In this document: positions 61,849 through 64,000 of the stretch, piece by piece
Layout of the letters: every line of letters starts with the position of its first letter
Numbering within the stretch: the stretch's first letter is position 1
From: Nitrosopumilus sp.
GTDB lineage: Archaea > Thermoproteota > Nitrososphaeria > Nitrososphaerales > Nitrosopumilaceae
Direction of reading: 5' to 3'
Assembly: GCA_965249555.1 (NCBI GenBank)
Contig: OZ252243.1
Coordinates: 1,440,001-1,504,000 of the forward strand
Length of the DNA: 64,000 nucleotides
Made by a program: the position numbers and the translations under genes
The notes under the pieces: model-generated
The model's database searches: none
Seen by the model: only the letters and a program-made list of their open reading frames with translations
What the model was told of the DNA's origin: nothing

Positions 61849-62079
61849 TCAAAAATCACATTCATTAATTCTAAAACTATCATAAGATGATATGATTACA
61901 GGTGTAATGCCAACTGTAGACTTATACTTATTTTCATATGCAAATGAAATAGAATCTCCATATCTCTGAGAACATTCTCTCTCAGAATCAAGTAAATTAT
62001 TATGCTTATCTTCTTGAATCATAAAGATAACAAATACCAAAACTACACCAATTATTAAAAAAAGAAAAAAGGGTTTCAT
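61849..62079 (-). CDS. small membrane-anchored protein
   Basis: N-terminal TM segment; two Cys residues. Confidence 0.6.
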   Translation of the reverse strand: MKPFFLFLIIGVVLVFVIFMIQEDKHNNLLDSERECSQRYGDSISFAYENKYKSTVGITPVIISSYDSFRINECDF

Positions 62080-62094
62080 TGAAGGTTTAACTCT

Positions 62095-62346
62095 TCAATT
62101 ATATTTTCCTTTTTTTGATTTCTTAAAAATAATAAATAAAATTGGAGTCAAAACGGCTAGAATTATAAAAAACCACATAAAAACAGGACCGTGTGCTATA
62201 GTATTACAATATGGTTCATGCCAATTACAATTGATATTGTATAATTCTACTTTAGATTCTGCAATTTTTTTAACTTCTTCAATATCTAGTTCAGCAAAAA
62301 CAGGTGAAATTATAAATAAAATAAAAAAAGTAAGGGTAGGGATCAT
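62095..62346 (-). CDS. small membrane protein
   Basis: Signal peptide, C-terminal TM and basic tail. Confidence 0.65.
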   Translation of the reverse strand: MIPTLTFFILFIISPVFAELDIEEVKKIAESKVELYNINCNWHEPYCNTIAHGPVFMWFFIILAVLTPILFIIFKKSKKGKYN

Positions 62347-62446
62347 CTCAACCCTAATTCATTAGAGATGTTTTCCCAAGTAGAGAATACAGATAGTTGA
62401 TTAGCAAATTCAGATGTACAGATACGATTTCTATAATCATCAATAT

Positions 62447-62706
62447 GACTCTAGTCAATCTAGGTGATCTGACATAATATAGAGATGCGGATCTCTCTGA
62501 ATTGAATTTCATGCTGAACTTTTCCCATACAGATCACCAAAACTATACAGTACATATTTTGGGAAATTCTGATTGGTAGTATTCAAGAATTTTTTATATC
62601 ACTTCTGACCAGGGGTTTTTTCAAGGGGGTCGGGCAATCTTGAGAAGATCCATATTTGTCACTTCTGACCACTATCTATATTAGATCACCAGAACTGACC
62701 AGAGCC
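62447..62706 (+). mobile_element. ~260-bp MITE-like element
   Basis: Near-identical to 61081-61337, same orientation. Confidence 0.85.
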
Positions 62707-62849
62707 AGCATAGGTGCCAGTTTCTGGCTGATCTAATATTATAGAGAAATCATCAGTGCCTGTTGGGTGATCTGCATATACAAGGTATAATGGAATGGAC
62801 AATACAAGCAGGGGCATTAGAAAAAGTATACGATTAATGCTCAAGTTAA

Positions 62850-63998
62850 TCATCCACAATCTGGCAGATAAGCGATATTTTGAGTGACTAGTGTGTCTGG
62901 TGTTAGTAAAGACTCGGCATGCTCAAAGTTCATTCTATATTTTATTGTAATTGTTTCAAGGGGTATCAGATCTCTTCCAAGTTCTTTCTTAGAGTCTAGA
63001 CGCTCAAATGTATCGCCAATTAACACCTCAATTACTGGAGAATCTATTGGATTGCCTAAAGAGTCAGATGGAAATACAGATAGAATATCAATTGTTTTAA
63101 CGCTGGTATTTGTGATAATCTGCTCTTTCACAGCAGATAGTAAAGAGTCAGCATCTGCTTTTCCAAAGTTGATAGCTGGGGATTCCAAGTTAATGCTGCA
63201 AGAGAGATCTGTTGAATCAAATCCTCCATCTGCATAATAAGTGCCAAGTCGCTCCCAACCTGTCTCTTCTATGCCCCATACTGCATAGTTGGCTGCTGCC
63301 AAGTCGCCAAATTCATCAAGGGACACATCACCTAGTGCACCATAATTTCTTTGCACTACACCAGGTATACCGCTTGCAATGGAGTCAAGAGATGCATCTG
63401 TACCTGCTGCATCCACTGCAAGTCCTATTGCCCATATGGTATCATAAGAGGAATATGCATAAACATTAGGGGTATCATTTGGGAATTTAGACTGTAAATT
63501 GGTGTACAAACCAATATACTTTGGAGAGGCAGGGTCTGCATCAAATATACATGATGTAAAATCAACATCAACTAGGAATTGCTTTATCTCCGGATCATCA
63601 ACAAGACTGGAACTGAGTACTTGTGCATCAGAGCCTATCCAGGACACAGTACGTAAAGCAGGATATTGTAGTGATTCTTGTACAATGTGCTCCAACTCAA
63701 AACCGACATACAAAATTGCAATCTCATCACGCTCAAAAGATGATTCCCTAACAGCCTCATCTAATCCCCTAACTAAATCTGGGAACTGGCCTTTACATGT
63801 AATGTCGGATTTGTCATCACAGAAAGCATAGGTTCTAGCAGTATCATCAACTGTGCCGCTAAGACTTTCAAATTTATCACTAGTGGATTCTGCAAATCCA
63901 ATACCAAATGGATCATCAATGTGTAATGGAATCAATTGTCTTTTGCCATCATCATACAATAAATTGGCAATGACAAGGCCATGTTGAAGATCACTGGG
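62850..63998 (-). CDS. LivK-like ABC substrate-binding protein with extra C-terminal domain (5' partial)
   Basis: Frame is open to the window edge (PSDLQHG…); WIGSD, YAYSSYDTIW and GALGDVSLDEFGDL motifs. Confidence 0.82.
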   Translation of the reverse strand, partial: PSDLQHGLVIANLLYDDGKRQLIPLHIDDPFGIGFAESTSDKFESLSGTVDDTARTYAFCDDKSDITCKGQFPDLVRGLDEAVRESSFERDEIAILYVGFELEHIVQESLQYPALRTVSWIGSDAQVLSSSLVDDPEIKQFLVDVDFTSCIFDADPASPKYIGLYTNLQSKFPNDTPNVYAYSSYDTIWAIGLAVDAAGTDASLDSIASGIPGVVQRNYGALGDVSLDEFGDLAAANYAVWGIEETGWERLGTYYADGGFDSTDLSCSINLESPAINFGKADADSLLSAVKEQIITNTSVKTIDILSVFPSDSLGNPIDSPVIEVLIGDTFERLDSKKELGRDLIPLETITIKYRMNFEHAESLLTPDTLVTQNIAYLPDCG

Positions 63999-64000
63999 TG

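Noticed and set aside
61073-62714. Target-site duplications around the MITE copies or the pair
   Set aside because: Flanks GAATTTCT/GGTCATGC and ATCAATAT/AGCATAGG do not match in any combination.

Overview
AT-rich archaeal DNA whose core genes point to an ammonia-oxidising Nitrosopumilaceae (Thaumarchaeota) genome; this is inferred from sequence resemblance, not a database search. The conserved backbone holds 2-oxoacid:ferredoxin oxidoreductase, cofE, two isopropylmalate/homoaconitate dehydratase pairs, rpoD-rpl18e-rpl13-rps9, the exosome superoperon, XPF, Nob1, NAD kinase, rhodanese, a GT2 glycosyltransferase, a CPA2 antiporter, tRNA-Gly, rpl10e and endA. Three accessory regions interrupt it. 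(1) A ~7.7 kb decayed integrative element between pcc1 and pfdB, bounded by a 10-bp direct repeat and carrying MORN-repeat genes. (2) An 18.1 kb defence island next to tRNA-Gly, bounded by a 13-bp direct repeat. (3) An IS/MITE-rich tract from ~53.5 kb to the end. The top finding is in island 2: a PLD-SNF2 helicase plus adenine methyltransferase pair and an intact tyrosine recombinase lie between two identical 190-bp inverted repeats. The repeats end inside the catalytic NPP(W/Y) motif, and a second, headless MTase C-terminus/TRD lies outside the right repeat. Inverting the ~7.5 kb segment would swap the specificity half in frame, making this a candidate archaeal phase-variable restriction-modification shufflon with a dif-like 11-6-11 crossover site. 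All coordinates outside the ORF track were read by eye.
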